DNA of 63,912 nucleotides, filler included, from Octopus bimaculoides (Eukaryota), in the NCBI RefSeq assembly GCF_001194135.2. It is 6 parts of 5 records of this genome, joined end to end, with 100 filler letters (N's around TTAATTAATTAA, not from the genome) between each part and the next. Parts side by side here need not be neighbours in the genome. Positions count along the whole stretch, not along the records: positions 35,280 to 44,267 come from NC_069002.1; positions 44,368 to 53,156 come from NC_068982.1; 4 more parts are not named here. One strand, given 5' to 3'. The position numbers and the translations under genes are program-made. The notes beneath the pieces were generated by a model. The model searched no databases. It worked only from the letters and a program-made list of their open reading frames with translations, and was not told the origin of the DNA. Shown in pieces: positions 39,823 through 51,685 of the stretch (position 1 is the first letter of the stretch; each line of letters begins with the position of its first letter).

Positions 39823-41164
39823 CTTTAGCCATGTACCCATGTATGTATGTATGTATGTATGTATGTGTGTATGTATGTATGTATGTATGTATGTACCCAT
39901 GTATGTACCCATGTATGTATGTGTGTGTGCGTGCATACATGTGTGTGTCAGTATGTATGTGTGTTTGCATCTGTGAATAGGTAAATATATATTTGCGTGT
40001 GTTTTGTGTGAATATATTTATATATACATATGCATTTATGTATATACACACACTCGCACACACATACGTATGTATGCATATACATACACGTGGGAACAAA
40101 CGATGCACGTAAATTGCTTGTTGCTATTTTCGTATAAAACTTTCACGTTATCATGTAGGAATGAGGATATAAAGATCATCAGCAGACTTATTCATAGTTC
40201 TTGAAGAAACGGCAGCATCACTTGATGTGTGAAGTCACTGATAATCCTGTGTGTTGCCCCTCCAAAAAGGTAGCAAATACTTCTTGTTGTGTTTGCAATT
40301 GGACATTAGCTCTGTCTTTCTGTTCATTATTGGACTGGGGTAGCTTATAGATCATTTTACTCATATGTATTATTTTTATTCCCAAATGCTTTTCATATAA
40401 CTGCATTGTGTATCAGGTCACTATAGCAGAATGAAAAAATAAACTGGCATCAGGCATCGATTTAATAAAAAAGCTATTCAAAAACCAATCATACCCATAT
40501 TGAATTCTTGCACTCTCTCAGGATGCCTGGCAATAAAATAATAGCTACCGACAGAGCTACCAGTGTTAGAACATGATACTGAAGTACTTGTATATATATA
40601 TATATATATNNNNNNNNNNNNNNNNNNNNNNNNNNNNNNNNNNNNNNNNNNNNNNNNNNNNNNNNNNNNNNNNNNNNNNNNNNNNNNNNNNNNNNNNNNN
40701 NNNNNNNNNNNNNNNNNNNNNNNNNNNNNNNNNNNNNNNNNNNNNNNNNNNNNNNNNNNNNNNNNNNNNNNNNNNNNNNNNNNNNNNNNNNNNNNNNNNN
40801 NNNNNNNNNNNNNNNNNNNNNNNNNNNNNNNNNNNNNNNNNNNNNNNNNNNNNNNNNNNNNNNNNNNNNNNNNNNNNNNNNNNNNNNNNNNNNNNNNNNN
40901 NNNNNNNNNNNNNNNNNNNNNNNNNNNNNNNNNNNNNNNNNNNNNNNNNNNNNNNNNNNNNNNNNNNNNNNNNNNNNNNNNNNNNNNNNNNNNNNNNNNN
41001 NNNNNNNNNNNNNNNNNNNNNNNNNNNNNNNNNNNNNNNNNNNNNNNNNNNNNNNNNNNNNNNNNNNNNNNNNNNNNNNNNNNNNNNNNNNNNNNNNNNN
41101 NNNNNNNNNNNNNNNNNNNNNNNNNNNNNNNNNNNNNNNNNNNNNNNNNNNNNNNNNNNNNNNN

Positions 41165-41195
<31 letters not shown>

Positions 41196-41697
41196 AAATG
41201 ATAAATGTATCTATATGCGTATATATGTGCGTATATTTGTGTTTGAGTGTGTGTATGTATATATACATACACACATATACATACATACATACATACACAT
41301 ACACACACATACACATACACATACACATATATAAATAAGAAGTAATTAAGATTCAGTTGAATTAAGTACTTAAGTTGAATCACCAAGTCAGTCCGGTTAT
41401 AATTGAAGAATGCACTCATTACATCAATTTTAAATACAGCGCTATCTTCAGCTGCACAAATAGGGAACTTCAACAGACAAGATACGTTAATACAATTTTT
41501 CTTAAAAAATATATAAATCGAAACAAATTGTTGACCTTTACGTTTTTTATAATCATTTATATAATATTGTTATATATTATATTCATAGTATTTAATGTAA
41601 TATTGTAATATAAATAAATTATTGGATTGTCAATAGAATATCTTTATATTTGATTTATTATTATATACATATATATGTATTTATATTTATATGCATA

Positions 41698-42051
41698 TTT
41701 CGAGCGAGATCGTTGCCAGTACCACCTGACTGGCCTTCGTAGGATTTTCGAGCGAGATCGTTGCCAGTGCCCCTGGACTGGCTCTTGTGCGGGTGGCACA
41801 TAAAATACACCATTTTGAGCGTGGCCGTTGCCAGTACCGCCTGACTGGCCTTCGTGCGGGTGACACGTAAAAGCACCCACTACACTCTCTGAGTGGTTGG
41901 CATTAGGAAGGGCATCCAGTTGTAGAAACTCTGCCAAATCAGATTGGAGCCTGGTGTAGCCATCTGGTTTCACCAGTCCTCAGTCAAATCGTCCAACCCA
42001 TGCTAGCATGGAAAGCAGACGGTAAACGATGATGATGATGATGATGATGAT
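41698..42051 (+). mobile_element. RTE 3' UTR with internal repeats and (GAT)n tail
   Basis: Highly similar to 13292-13605. Confidence 0.92.
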
Positions 42052-42079
42052 TTACATGTATATTTGTGTGTATATTCTT

Positions 42080-42256
42080 TTACTCTTTTACCTGTTTCAG
42101 TCATTTTGACTGTGGTCATACTGTAGCACTGCCTTTTAGTCGAAGAAATCGACCCCTGGACTTATTCATTGTAAGCATGGTACTTATCCTATCGGTCTGT
42201 TTTGCCGAACCTCTAAGTTACGAGAACGTGAACGCACTAACATCGGTTGTCAAGCG
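42080..42256 (-). mobile_element. SINE family A, 3' part
   Basis: Reverse-complement match to the family A tail. Confidence 0.8.
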
Positions 42257-42439
42257 AAACAGCACTGCACTGTACATTTAAAAAAAATTATTTTTATAAC
42301 TTGTATATATTTATTTCACTATAAATGCAAAACAACATCACAGAGGAATCGACGTAAGCTTAAATAATGATAGGTGAACCGCGATCTGGCGAGGGATTAC
42401 TGTATATATACATCATCTCCAACCCTCACTGAGATGAGG

Positions 42440-42735
42440 CCCCGTTTGCTAGATCAACCGGTTACTAAGTTTCACTCAATAAACTTCAAGCCGTTGATGA
42501 TCGTCTCTTTTTAACCAAATCCAGTGGCTTGCCTTCTCCACAGTATCCTGAATATTACTTATGATGGAATTTGCTTTACGTTGAATTAGGCCTAGCAACA
42601 ACAGCATTCGACTCACTCTGTGCCCAATGTGTCCTCAACAACCAACTTCGATTGGAAAATGCGTCCTCACGTTCCTCGACGAGGTTTTTTTTATAACGGT
42701 CGATCTTTTGAGTCCGAGCGGTGTCCATGTTATCT
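42440..42735 (-). mobile_element. HERO/NeSL-like RLE endonuclease C-terminal fragment
   Basis: NMDTARTQKIDRYK...FPIEVGC*GHIG...VEKASHWIWLKR resembles the RLE motif K..KY...FPVEVGCRGF...ASHWLWLKR. Confidence 0.7.
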
Positions 42736-42764
42736 TCATGTATGTTGGTTTGTATGCATGTATG

Positions 42765-43715
42765 TCATTATTCAGTTTATTTCAAGACTTCTTGCCAATG
42801 GAGAAAGGACCGGTTTCTAACCTAGATCAAAACCTCCTTCATTGGAATTTCAACAAGAACAACAGGGTGTTTTTGTTTGTATGTATGTATGTATGTATGT
42901 ATGTATGTATGTATGTATGTTTGTATGTATGTATGTATGTATGTATGTATGTATGTATGTGCAGATTTATATGTTTTATGTACGTATGTTTTATGTATGC
43001 ATTCTCATGCATATAGTTGCATATCTAGACATTCTCATATATGTTTAAATGATAAACTTCTGGAAAGGTTTACTGATTTTTACTTTTCCAGTGATGGATT
43101 GGTTTTGTAGTCTTTCTCCTTTCTGGTTTTGAGAAGCCTAATTTCTCAAGATTGGTATCTAGGCAGTGTGTTACATATCCCAGGGCCCCAATAATTACAG
43201 GCATAAACCTGAACTTGTAATCTGGATAGAGTAACTGTAGATTTCTCAATAGTTCAGCATAAGTGTTCTCTTTTTCACTGATTTTCAGCTTTATGTTAAC
43301 ATCTGCTGGACAGCTAATTTCCACAACTGTGCACAGTTTCTCTTCTCTATCCCAAATCATTATATCAGGTCTGTTATGCTTACATTTTATCGAAGTCTTC
43401 ACTGGGTCATTCCATTAGTATTCCTTTTTATTATGAGTGGCTATGGCGTCTACCATATTGTGGGTTTTTATTTCTTTGTCATCGGGATTATCCTTTCGAC
43501 GGATTTCATTATAAAGTGTCCTAGCTACAACATCATGTCTCATCGGGATACCGTCATGACGTTTTCGGATAACCGTTTATGATGTGGGTGATATCTTCAG
43601 TGTGAACTCCACAAAGTCTGCATCGGTTGTTATATTTTATGGCTTTTTCTGCATCTCTATCCCTTTTGTGCATCAGGTACTTGGTTGATATTTCCTGTTC
43701 GTGGATTGCAAACGC
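42765..43715 (-). mobile_element. R4/Dong-like element, CCHC + RLE + 3' UTR, split by (TATG)n
   Basis: AFAIHEQEISTKYL...RCRLCGVHTEDITHII..., then KCKHNRPDIMIWDREEKLCTVVEISCPAD...PVIIGALG. The 3' UTR resembles 29671-29770. Confidence 0.9.
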
Positions 43716-43779
43716 ATGTATGTATGTATGTATGTATGTATGTATGCATGTAGGTGTGTGTGTGTATGTATGTATGTAG

Positions 43780-43811
<32 letters not shown>

Positions 43812-43934
43812 ATGTATGTATATATATATGTATGTATGTTTGTATGTATGTACGTACGTTGAGTGAAACTCAGAGTAGCAGTTTCCAAAGTTCTTTTAAA
43901 GTTTCAATATGTAATTCAGTATATTAGTATACTC

Positions 43935-44055
43935 TCCGCCAAGGTCGACTTTGCCTTTCATCCTTTCGGGGTCAATACATTAAATTCGGGGTCGATCAAT
44001 TAAGTACCAGTTGCGTACTGAGGTCAATCTAATCGACTGACCCCCTCCCCCAAAA
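43935..44055 (+). mobile_element. SINE family B fragment
   Basis: ccgccaaggtcgactttgcctttcatcctttcgggg...aagtaccagttgcgtactg. Confidence 0.85.
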
Positions 44056-44204
44056 GTCAGTTACTTATTCTGCCGGTTGCTTCTGCAGAGCCACTATATT
44101 GTACGAACGTAAACAAACCAACACTGATTGTCAAGCGGTCGGGTGGTGGTAATAGACACAGATACTGATACACACACAAAATATATATATATATATGTGT
44201 ATAC

Positions 44205-44267
<63 letters not shown>

Positions 44268-44367
44268 NNNNNNNNNNNNNNNNNNNNNNNNNNNNNNNNN
44301 NNNNNNNNNNNTTAATTAATTAANNNNNNNNNNNNNNNNNNNNNNNNNNNNNNNNNNNNNNNNNNNN

Positions 44368-44442
<75 letters not shown>

Positions 44443-44446
44443 CTCT

Positions 44447-44790
44447 CTTTACTCTTTTACTTGTTTCAATCACCTTGAAGAATTTTTAATTGAATGAATC
44501 GACCCCCCCACCACCAGGACTTCTTTTTGTTCTAGGCTTGGTACTTATTTTATTGCTCTTTTTTGCCATACTGCTAAGTTATAGGGACGTAAACAAACCA
44601 ACACTGGCTATCAAGCAATGATGGGACACACACGCAACAAGCTTCTTTCAGTTTCTATCTATCAAATCCACTCAAAGGCTTTGGTTGGCTTGCGGTTATA
44701 GAAGATGCTTGCCCAAGGTGTCACACAGTGGGATTGAACCCAGAACCATGTGGTTGGGAAGCAAACATTTTACCACTCAAGCATGCCTAC
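44447..44790 (-). mobile_element. SINE family A, degenerate
   Basis: Reverse-complement match to family A. Confidence 0.8.
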
Positions 44791-44854
44791 TCATTTACAA
44801 CTATCACGCGACATCAAGACCTGAGCTAAGGGATTCATACATACATACATACAT

Positions 44855-44890
<36 letters not shown>

Positions 44891-45223
44891 TGTATATATT
44901 TCTAAATCTCTCAGAGGGATTTATGCAGTAGCAGCACAATAAAGTGATAGCACATTGTCAACTTAATGTGACAGTCCCATGAAAGAGAAGAATGCTACTG
45001 TTATTTAGCCTTAGGAAACACTGTTTCCTGTTGGCCTTGACACATTTCCTGTGTCCTTATGTTTTCACAGGGGAGATAAGCACCTCCACCCAGAAACTAG
45101 TTTCAGAGTCATTGACCATCATCAGTCTGGAGTAGCATGGCTTGCTAGCTGTTAATGCCTATCTGCCTTTGAAAACAGATATATTTCAAATGAAATACAT
45201 TCACCGATTTTTGAAAATGGAAA

Positions 45224-45318
<95 letters not shown>

Positions 45319-46300
45319 TCTCACATAGAAAATCTAAAAATATTTCATTTTATTAATATGCATTCTAAAAATGTCAAGTAAAGATAAGTTAATCTGGTTT
45401 CCTTCTTTCAGCCCTCCACTCACACGTCCCCATTCCTTCCACCACACACACACACCCTTCACTCACACTACCATTATCGAACTGTACATATACAGCTCTC
45501 TTCTGCGATATATTTCAAGCTGTTTTTGAAATTATGCCAACAGTAATATTAAAAATAATGTATCATTTTTTTATGACTATTTCTGTCAACTTTGAGTGCC
45601 ACCATCATTATGCTTGCTAATACTCTTTACCAATGAAATTCACCATTACCACTACCATCGTCATTAAATTATTTTAGCTGCGTGGTCAAAATTTTAAAGT
45701 TACAAAGATGTTCTGCTTTCTTTTTCTTTCTTTTTTCCTCATATCATCTTTTCCGGTTTATTTCAAGTGGCAAGTCTATTAATTTTCTCTTAGTAAATAT
45801 TCAGGAAGATTGCAGAGAAACCTGATAGAGCATATCCTGCCGAAAGTAGCACTCAATCAGACAAGTGTGTTGCTTGCTTTTAAAGATAACTGTTGATAAT
45901 TAAGATTTCTTGTCAATGCATTTAGAGAGCAATGGAGAAAAGTTATTTCATTTGAGTGATATTTGAATTTTGGAAACAACACACATTTCCTAAAATGTAA
46001 GGAGCAGCAGATTTTATTCCTTTGTTTTGCAAGACACCTACACCTGTCCCTTCTACACCTTAAAATCTCTCAAATGACACAAAGCCACCCCCACTCAATA
46101 CTACTTCCCACTCCCAGTTGAGGGGGTCTTCATCTTTGTGACCCTATCAGTGCTGGTGCTGCATAAAAAGTACTCAGTACACTCTGTAGAGTGTATGTCA
46201 AAACAGACAGTGGAACCTGGTGCTGCTTTTGGCCTTATCAGCTCCTGTCAAACTTTCCAACCCATACCAGCATGGAGAACGGACATATGACGAGGATTAC

Positions 46301-46423
46301 CATTCCTTTCATTTCCTTGTCGAGTTTCCAGCAAATGATAATCTCTGCCAAGTTCAGTAGTTTCACTTTCTGGATCATAAAGTGAAACATTGCTTGCATT
46401 GAATACCGGCTTGAACTTGTTGC
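46301..46423 (-). CDS. Candidate exon, 123 nt, phase 1-1: NKFKPVFNASNVSLYDPESETTELGRDYHLLETRQGNERN
   Basis: AG/GT boundaries (weak acceptor), open frame, non-repetitive island between RTE tail pieces. No homology recognised. Confidence 0.2.
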
Positions 46424-46472
46424 CTGAACTTATGTATACAATATATACATTTCCTATGTGAGTGCACACAAA

Positions 46473-46860
46473 TCATCATCATCATTTAACGTCCATTTTC
46501 CATGCTGGCATGGGTTGGACGATTTGACTGAGGACTGGCAAGCTAGAAAGCTGCACCAGGCTCCAATCTAATCTACAGGTTTCTACAGCTTGATGCCTTT
46601 CTTAACGCCAACCACATCAAGAGGGTGCTTTTTACGTACCACTGGCACAAGAGCCAGTCGCGACTGGCATCAACCATATTTGGATAGTGCTTTTTACATG
46701 CCACCGGCACAGGGAGCCAGTCAGGTGACACTGGCATCGGCCACAACTACAATTTCCATTTTGATTTCTATCTTGATTTGATTTTGATTTTACTTGACTC
46801 AATAGGTCTTCTCAAGCACAGTGTGTCACCCGATGATTCAAGGGTACTTTTAAATGGGCT
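46473..46860 (-). mobile_element. RTE 3' UTR and tail
   Basis: catcatcatttaacgtccattttccatgctggcatgggttggacg is the reverse complement of the RTE tail. Confidence 0.88.
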
Positions 46861-47324
46861 GGTTATGTATTTACTTGAAAACTAAGTGTAGTGAAAGCTA
46901 GATACCCAAGTTATACACACACACACACACACACATATACAGACGTTTATATAAGCATCATATGCATTCACTTTTCTGATAGAATGACTTTTCTCTTAGT
47001 GGCCCAGACTAGGAACTGAATGATTCTCAGCTTTTACATCAATGCATGTGTGTATAATTTATATATATGTGCCCAGGTGTCGAAACCATAATGATATCCG
47101 TGGGGCAGCTGATGATGGGGGTATGTTGGATTGTTAGTATGGCTGTTTTTGTATATGTGGAATAGTATTATTGGATTGTTGGAATTCAGAAATTCTCAAA
47201 AATTTCTTTACCAAAATGGCATCTCTCATTGTTTATAAGTGCATAAAAAAGGACAAAATCAGTCCAGAAGAAGGGAGGAGGGGTTTGCAAATTTTCAATA
47301 TATTTTCTTTATAAAAAGCTTCCC

Positions 47325-47529
47325 TCCATGTGTGTGTGTGTTTGTTTGTTCCTCCTACCATCACTTGATACCGATGTTGGTGTGTTTACACCCCCGTAAC
47401 TTAGTGGTTCGAGAAAAGAGACAGATAGACTAAGTACTAGGCTTACAAAGAATAAGTCCTGGGGTCGATTTGTTCGACTAAAGTCGGTGCTCCAGCATGG
47501 CTGCAGTCAAATTACTGAAACATGTAAAA

Positions 47530-47571
<42 letters not shown>

Positions 47572-48150
47572 CACACACACACACACATATCATGTAACAT
47601 CCATCTTCCATGATGGTACCTTTATGTCTGTGTTTGTCCCCCCCTCACAGCTTGATAACCAGCGTTGATGGGTTTACATCCCTGTAAAATTAGTGGTTCA
47701 GCATAAGAGACCAACAGAACAAGTACTAGGGTTACAAAAAATAAATCCTGGGGTCGATTTCTTCAACTAAACCCCTTAAGGTAGTACTGCAGCATGGCCA
47801 CAGTCAAATGACTGAAACAAGTAAAAGAAGGCATAGGAGTGGCTGTGTGGTAAGTAGTTATGAACCACATGGTTCCGGGTTCAGTCCCACTGCGTGGCAC
47901 CTTGGGCAAGTGTGCGTGTGTGTGTGTGTGTGTATGTGTGTGTATGTTCGTGTGTCTGTATTTGTCCCCCCACCATCGCTTGACAACCGATGTTGGTGTG
48001 TTTACGTCCCCATAACTTAGCGGTTCTGCAAAAGAGACCGATAGAATAGGTACTAGGCTTACAAAGAATAAGTCCCAAGATGGATTTGCTCGACTAAAAA
48101 CAGTGCTCCAGCATGGCCACAGTCAAATGACTGAAAAGAGTAAAAGAGAG
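47325..48150 (+). mobile_element. Three tandem SINE family A copies (two 3' halves, one near full length)
   Basis: The tail ccagcatgg..cagtcaa.t.actgaaa occurs at about 47495, 47795 and 48115. A head is present at 47829. Confidence 0.88.
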
Positions 48151-48597
48151 AGTAATAACACACACACACACACACACATGCAAAATATCTGTAGCGTGAC
48201 TTAATCCAGTAAAATTTACAGCAAGAGTTGGTTCAGCCCTTTATGTGAAAATCCTGCTCTAAAAATTAGTCTTTCAGCTCTCTCGGTTTAATACAATCTG
48301 TACCAATAACGTGTGTGGAGTTTACTCAATTGATTACAGCTATTTGCCAGAGCAGTTTCTTACGCCTAGCAAAAGGAAATCAATATTTATACATAACACA
48401 ACTTTCAGCCATTGAGTAACTGAACAGTCAAAGAACATCATGTTCCCCGCTGTTGTAGGTTGATAGTCGTTTCTTCTTCTAGTTTCACGGTTTGTCCTAA
48501 GGCACTGCCATCGTATGTGCAGTCAAATATATCAACCCCAATCATTGATACGTGTTTATTCAATCAACTGAAATCCTATTTGTGAATGTATTATATC

Positions 48598-48920
48598 GAA
48601 GGTGTGTGGCTTAATGGCTCGGGTATTAGGCTCATGATCGTATGGTCAGGAGTTCGATTCCCAACACGTATTGTGTCCTTGAGCAAGACACTTTATTTCA
48701 CGCTGTTCCAGTCCATCCACCTGGCCATATTGAGTTGTACCTGTAATTCAAAGGGCCAGCCTTGTCACATTCCGTGTCATGCTGAATCTCCTTGAGAAGT
48801 ATATCAAGGGAATGCATATCTGTGGAGTACTCAGTCATTTGCATGTTAACTTCATGAGCAGGCTGTTCCACTGATCAAATCAGCCAGAATCCTCATCACC
48901 CTCACCGTCAGAGTGCCAGC
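48598..48920 (+). mobile_element. tRNA-derived SINE family C
   Basis: A-box-like tggcttaatggct, B box ggagttcgattcc, core ttgtgtccttgagcaagacac. Confidence 0.82.
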
Positions 48921-49419
48921 TAGTTATCTACAATATGGTGTTAGCAATGTGGTGGAGCAGAAAGCAAACCCCTAATGACTCAGTCGCAATTCTTTGTTGG
49001 AGAGTCATTTTGAATTACTTACTCTCCTAACGAGCCAATCAAATAAGTCAAATTTCTTTCAAATCACACCCTACTTGCTTAAAAAGGAAAAAGGAGATAT
49101 TAGATAAGACAGTTCTAATTATATTTTTCCTGAATAGATGGGATGGTCACTGCTGGAATGTTAATCATAGTTCTACTTGAATCAAGGCTAGTCAAGTTGT
49201 GAGGGAGGAATAAATAACATATCTCCAAGACAGAGCAGAGCAGCATTTATATCGGTCATGACCCATCCCCCTTCCTACTCAAACTACAGGACAGAACTCC
49301 CAGTTGGAAAGCAGCAGGTCGAAATACAAACGGTGAAACCATTTCCTTTTTAATAATTAAACTGACAACCGAATTGGTTAAACACCCACAAAATTATTAA
49401 CCATTACCCCAACAACCAC

Positions 49420-49806
49420 CTTGAGCACCTTTTTGAGCTCCATGTGTCTAACACACATGTGGGTATGCCTACAAAGTCAGAAAACAGCACAGCTCCCATG
49501 ACTTTCAGAAACATTTTTTTACATTCAGTGTTGCTGAAGCATGGAACAAACTCCCTGCATCAGTTGTTAGCTGCTGAGACATTGCATCCTTTAAAACCGC
49601 CATGCTTCCAGGAAATTTGCCAACACTACACCTGATATCCACCCCACTTCATGCACATGCACACATGCATGTATATCATGACTCAGACACTGTTCACTTT
49701 CCTGACATTTATACATAATCCTATGTACTGTACCTGCACTTTTGACAAGTTGTAATGCATCTAAGCACTGTACACAATAATTTCATTATCATTATTATTA
49801 TTATTA
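49420..49806 (+). mobile_element. CR1-type LINE 3' end with (ATT)n tail
   Basis: YKVRKQHSSHDFQKHFFTFSVAEAWNKLPASVV..IASFK resembles the CR1 ORF2 C-terminus (RKHFFS.RVV.AWN.LP..VV...SFK). Confidence 0.8.
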
Positions 49807-49921
49807 CTTAGGTACACATGTGAAAGTGGCCCTGGATGGGAATAAGATTGTGTGACACTCAAAAGGAGACATCAGCTTCAACAGGAAATCAATGAGGATA
49901 GAATAAAACACATACATAGTA

Positions 49922-50250
49922 ATGGTGTGGCGTGGCTGTGCAGTAAGAAGCTTCTTTCTCAACCATATGGTTCTGAGTTCAATCCCACTGCATGACATCT
50001 TGGGTGTCTTCTACTATAGCCTTGAGTGGATTTGGTAGATGGAAACTGAAAGAAACCCATTATGTGTATGTGTTTTCGTTTGCCATCCCCACAGCTTGAC
50101 AACCAATGTTGGTGGGTATTTATCCTTGTAACTTAGTGGTTTGGTAAAAAAAAAAGGGGGGGGGGGCAATTGAATAAGTACCAGGCCTAAAAGCTTAAAA
50201 ATTAAAATAAAAACTGGGGTCAATTGATTCAATTAAACAAACAAAAGAGA
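49922..50250 (+). mobile_element. SINE family A, degenerate
   Basis: Head gtggcgtggctgtgcagtaagaagc, body gagtggatttggtagatggaaactgaaagaa. Confidence 0.75.
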
Positions 50251-50497
50251 AGAGATTAAAAAAAAAAAAGAAAAATTATTATGAGCCAGACAGATTTTAT
50301 AGTTTTAGTTTGAAAATTCAACATCTTGAGTTCAAATTCTGCATGGGCCAATGTAGCTTTTCACATTCCTACAGGAGGGAGTGGGGAGCACAACAAAATT
50401 AGAACAGTCTCATAGTATCACTAACACCAACTCATTAAATGTACCCTTCTTCACACTCCAGTGTTTAGTGTAGCAAAAGAAAATCATTACTACAGTT

Positions 50498-50728
50498 CTA
50501 TATTCAAGAGATGAGGAATTATGTACATTATTTACATTTGACGGATATTTGTCCTCATCTTGTTTGTTGTTAACACAGCGTTCCGGCTGATATACCCTCC
50601 AACCTTCTTCAGGTGTCTTGGGCAAATTTCAAACCTGGGTTCTCATTCCTAAGGTATTTTTCAATGTTATCATTATTATTATTATTTAGGTCACTGCCTG
50701 GAATCGAACTCGGAATCTTGGGGCTAGT
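50498..50728 (-). mobile_element. tRNA-headed hammerhead element, 5'-truncated inverted copy
   Basis: Reverse complement of 50769-50974. Intact B box GAGTTCGATTCC, HHR-like motif at 50617-50572. Confidence 0.8.
50572..50617 (-). ncRNA. Hammerhead motif, mutated (GGAA for GAAA, GCU for GUU)
   Basis: gacac-CTGAAGA-a-ggttg(gagggtatat)cagcc-GGAA-cgct-gtgtt. Confidence 0.7.
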
Positions 50729-50736
50729 ATGCCACA

Positions 50737-50974
50737 GGCATATGGCTTAGTGGTTAAGAGCACGGGCTACTAATCCCAAGATTCAGAGTTTGATTCCAGG
50801 CAGTGACTTGAATAATAATAATAATAATAATAATGATAACATGGAAAAATACCTTAAGAATGAGAACCCAGGTTCAAAATTTCCCCAAGACACCTGATGA
50901 AGGCTGGAGGGTATATCAACCAAAACATTGTATTCAAAAATAAGATGAGGACAAATATCTGTCAAATGAAAATA
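50737..50974 (+). mobile_element. tRNA-headed hammerhead element (SINE-like), full head
   Basis: A box tggcttagtggt, tRNA-like loop ctactaa, B-box-like gagtttgattcc, (AAT)n linker, HHR-like motif, tail aagatgaggacaaatatctgtcaaatg. Confidence 0.8.
50889..50934 (+). ncRNA. Hammerhead motif, mutated (AAAA for GAAA)
   Basis: gacac-CTGATGA-a-ggctg(gagggtatat)caacc-AAAA-catt-gtatt. Confidence 0.7.
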
Positions 50975-51311
50975 ACGTTAAAATCATGTTTATTATTACT
51001 CAGCCTACACAGTTGCTGTTTTTTTTTATTTCATTTGCCATGTGACGTGTTCTGTACAATAGATTTGTAATTGCATCTAAATTTAATAAAAGATTATACA
51101 TCAACAAAGTTCAAGAGATAAGCTTTCGAGTGTTTTAATTAATATGGTTCTAAAAATCTCTCTCAAATATGAAATAAATCATTAAATAGTTTAATGTTAC
51201 AAGTTCAAAATACTGTAGTGTTCTTGAGCAAGTCACATTACTCCACTGGTAATTGTCCTTCCTAACAACAATAAAAAGAAAATTTTGTGAAGAAATTTTA
51301 AAATACTTGTC

Positions 51312-51685
51312 AAGCATGGCTGAGCAGTAACAAAATTGCTTTCCATTAACATGGCTCTGGGTTCAGTCCCACTATATGACACCTTGGGTCAATGTCTTCT
51401 ACTATAGCCTTAAGCCAACCAAAGCCTTGCAAGTGAATTTAGTAGATGGAAACTGAAAGAAGCTTGCTGTGTGAATGTGTATATATGTATATNNNNNNNN
51501 NNNNNNNNNNNNNNNNNNNNNNNNNNNNNNNNNNNNNNNNNNNNNNNNNNNNNNNNNNNNNNNNNNNNNNNNNNNNNNNNNNNNNNNNNNNNNNNNNNNN
51601 NNNNNNNNNNNNNNNNNNNNNNNNNNNNNNNNNNNNNNNNCAGCATGGCCACAGTCTAATGACCAAAACAACAAAAGCATAAAAG
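51312..51685 (+). mobile_element. SINE family A, with an assembly gap at its internal microsatellite
   Basis: Head and accttggg core lie before the gap; tail cagcatggccacagtc lies after it. Confidence 0.8.

Noticed and set aside
45815-45855. CTGATAGA-gca..tgc-cGAAA hammerhead-like motif, and an overlapping LRR-like peptide (LQRNLIEHILPKV)
   Set aside because: No stem I or III for the ribozyme. The peptide match to the LRR consensus is partial and isolated.
50737-50808. Functional tRNA gene (and likewise the other SINE heads)
   Set aside because: No acceptor stem or complete cloverleaf. These are SINE-type tRNA-derived heads.
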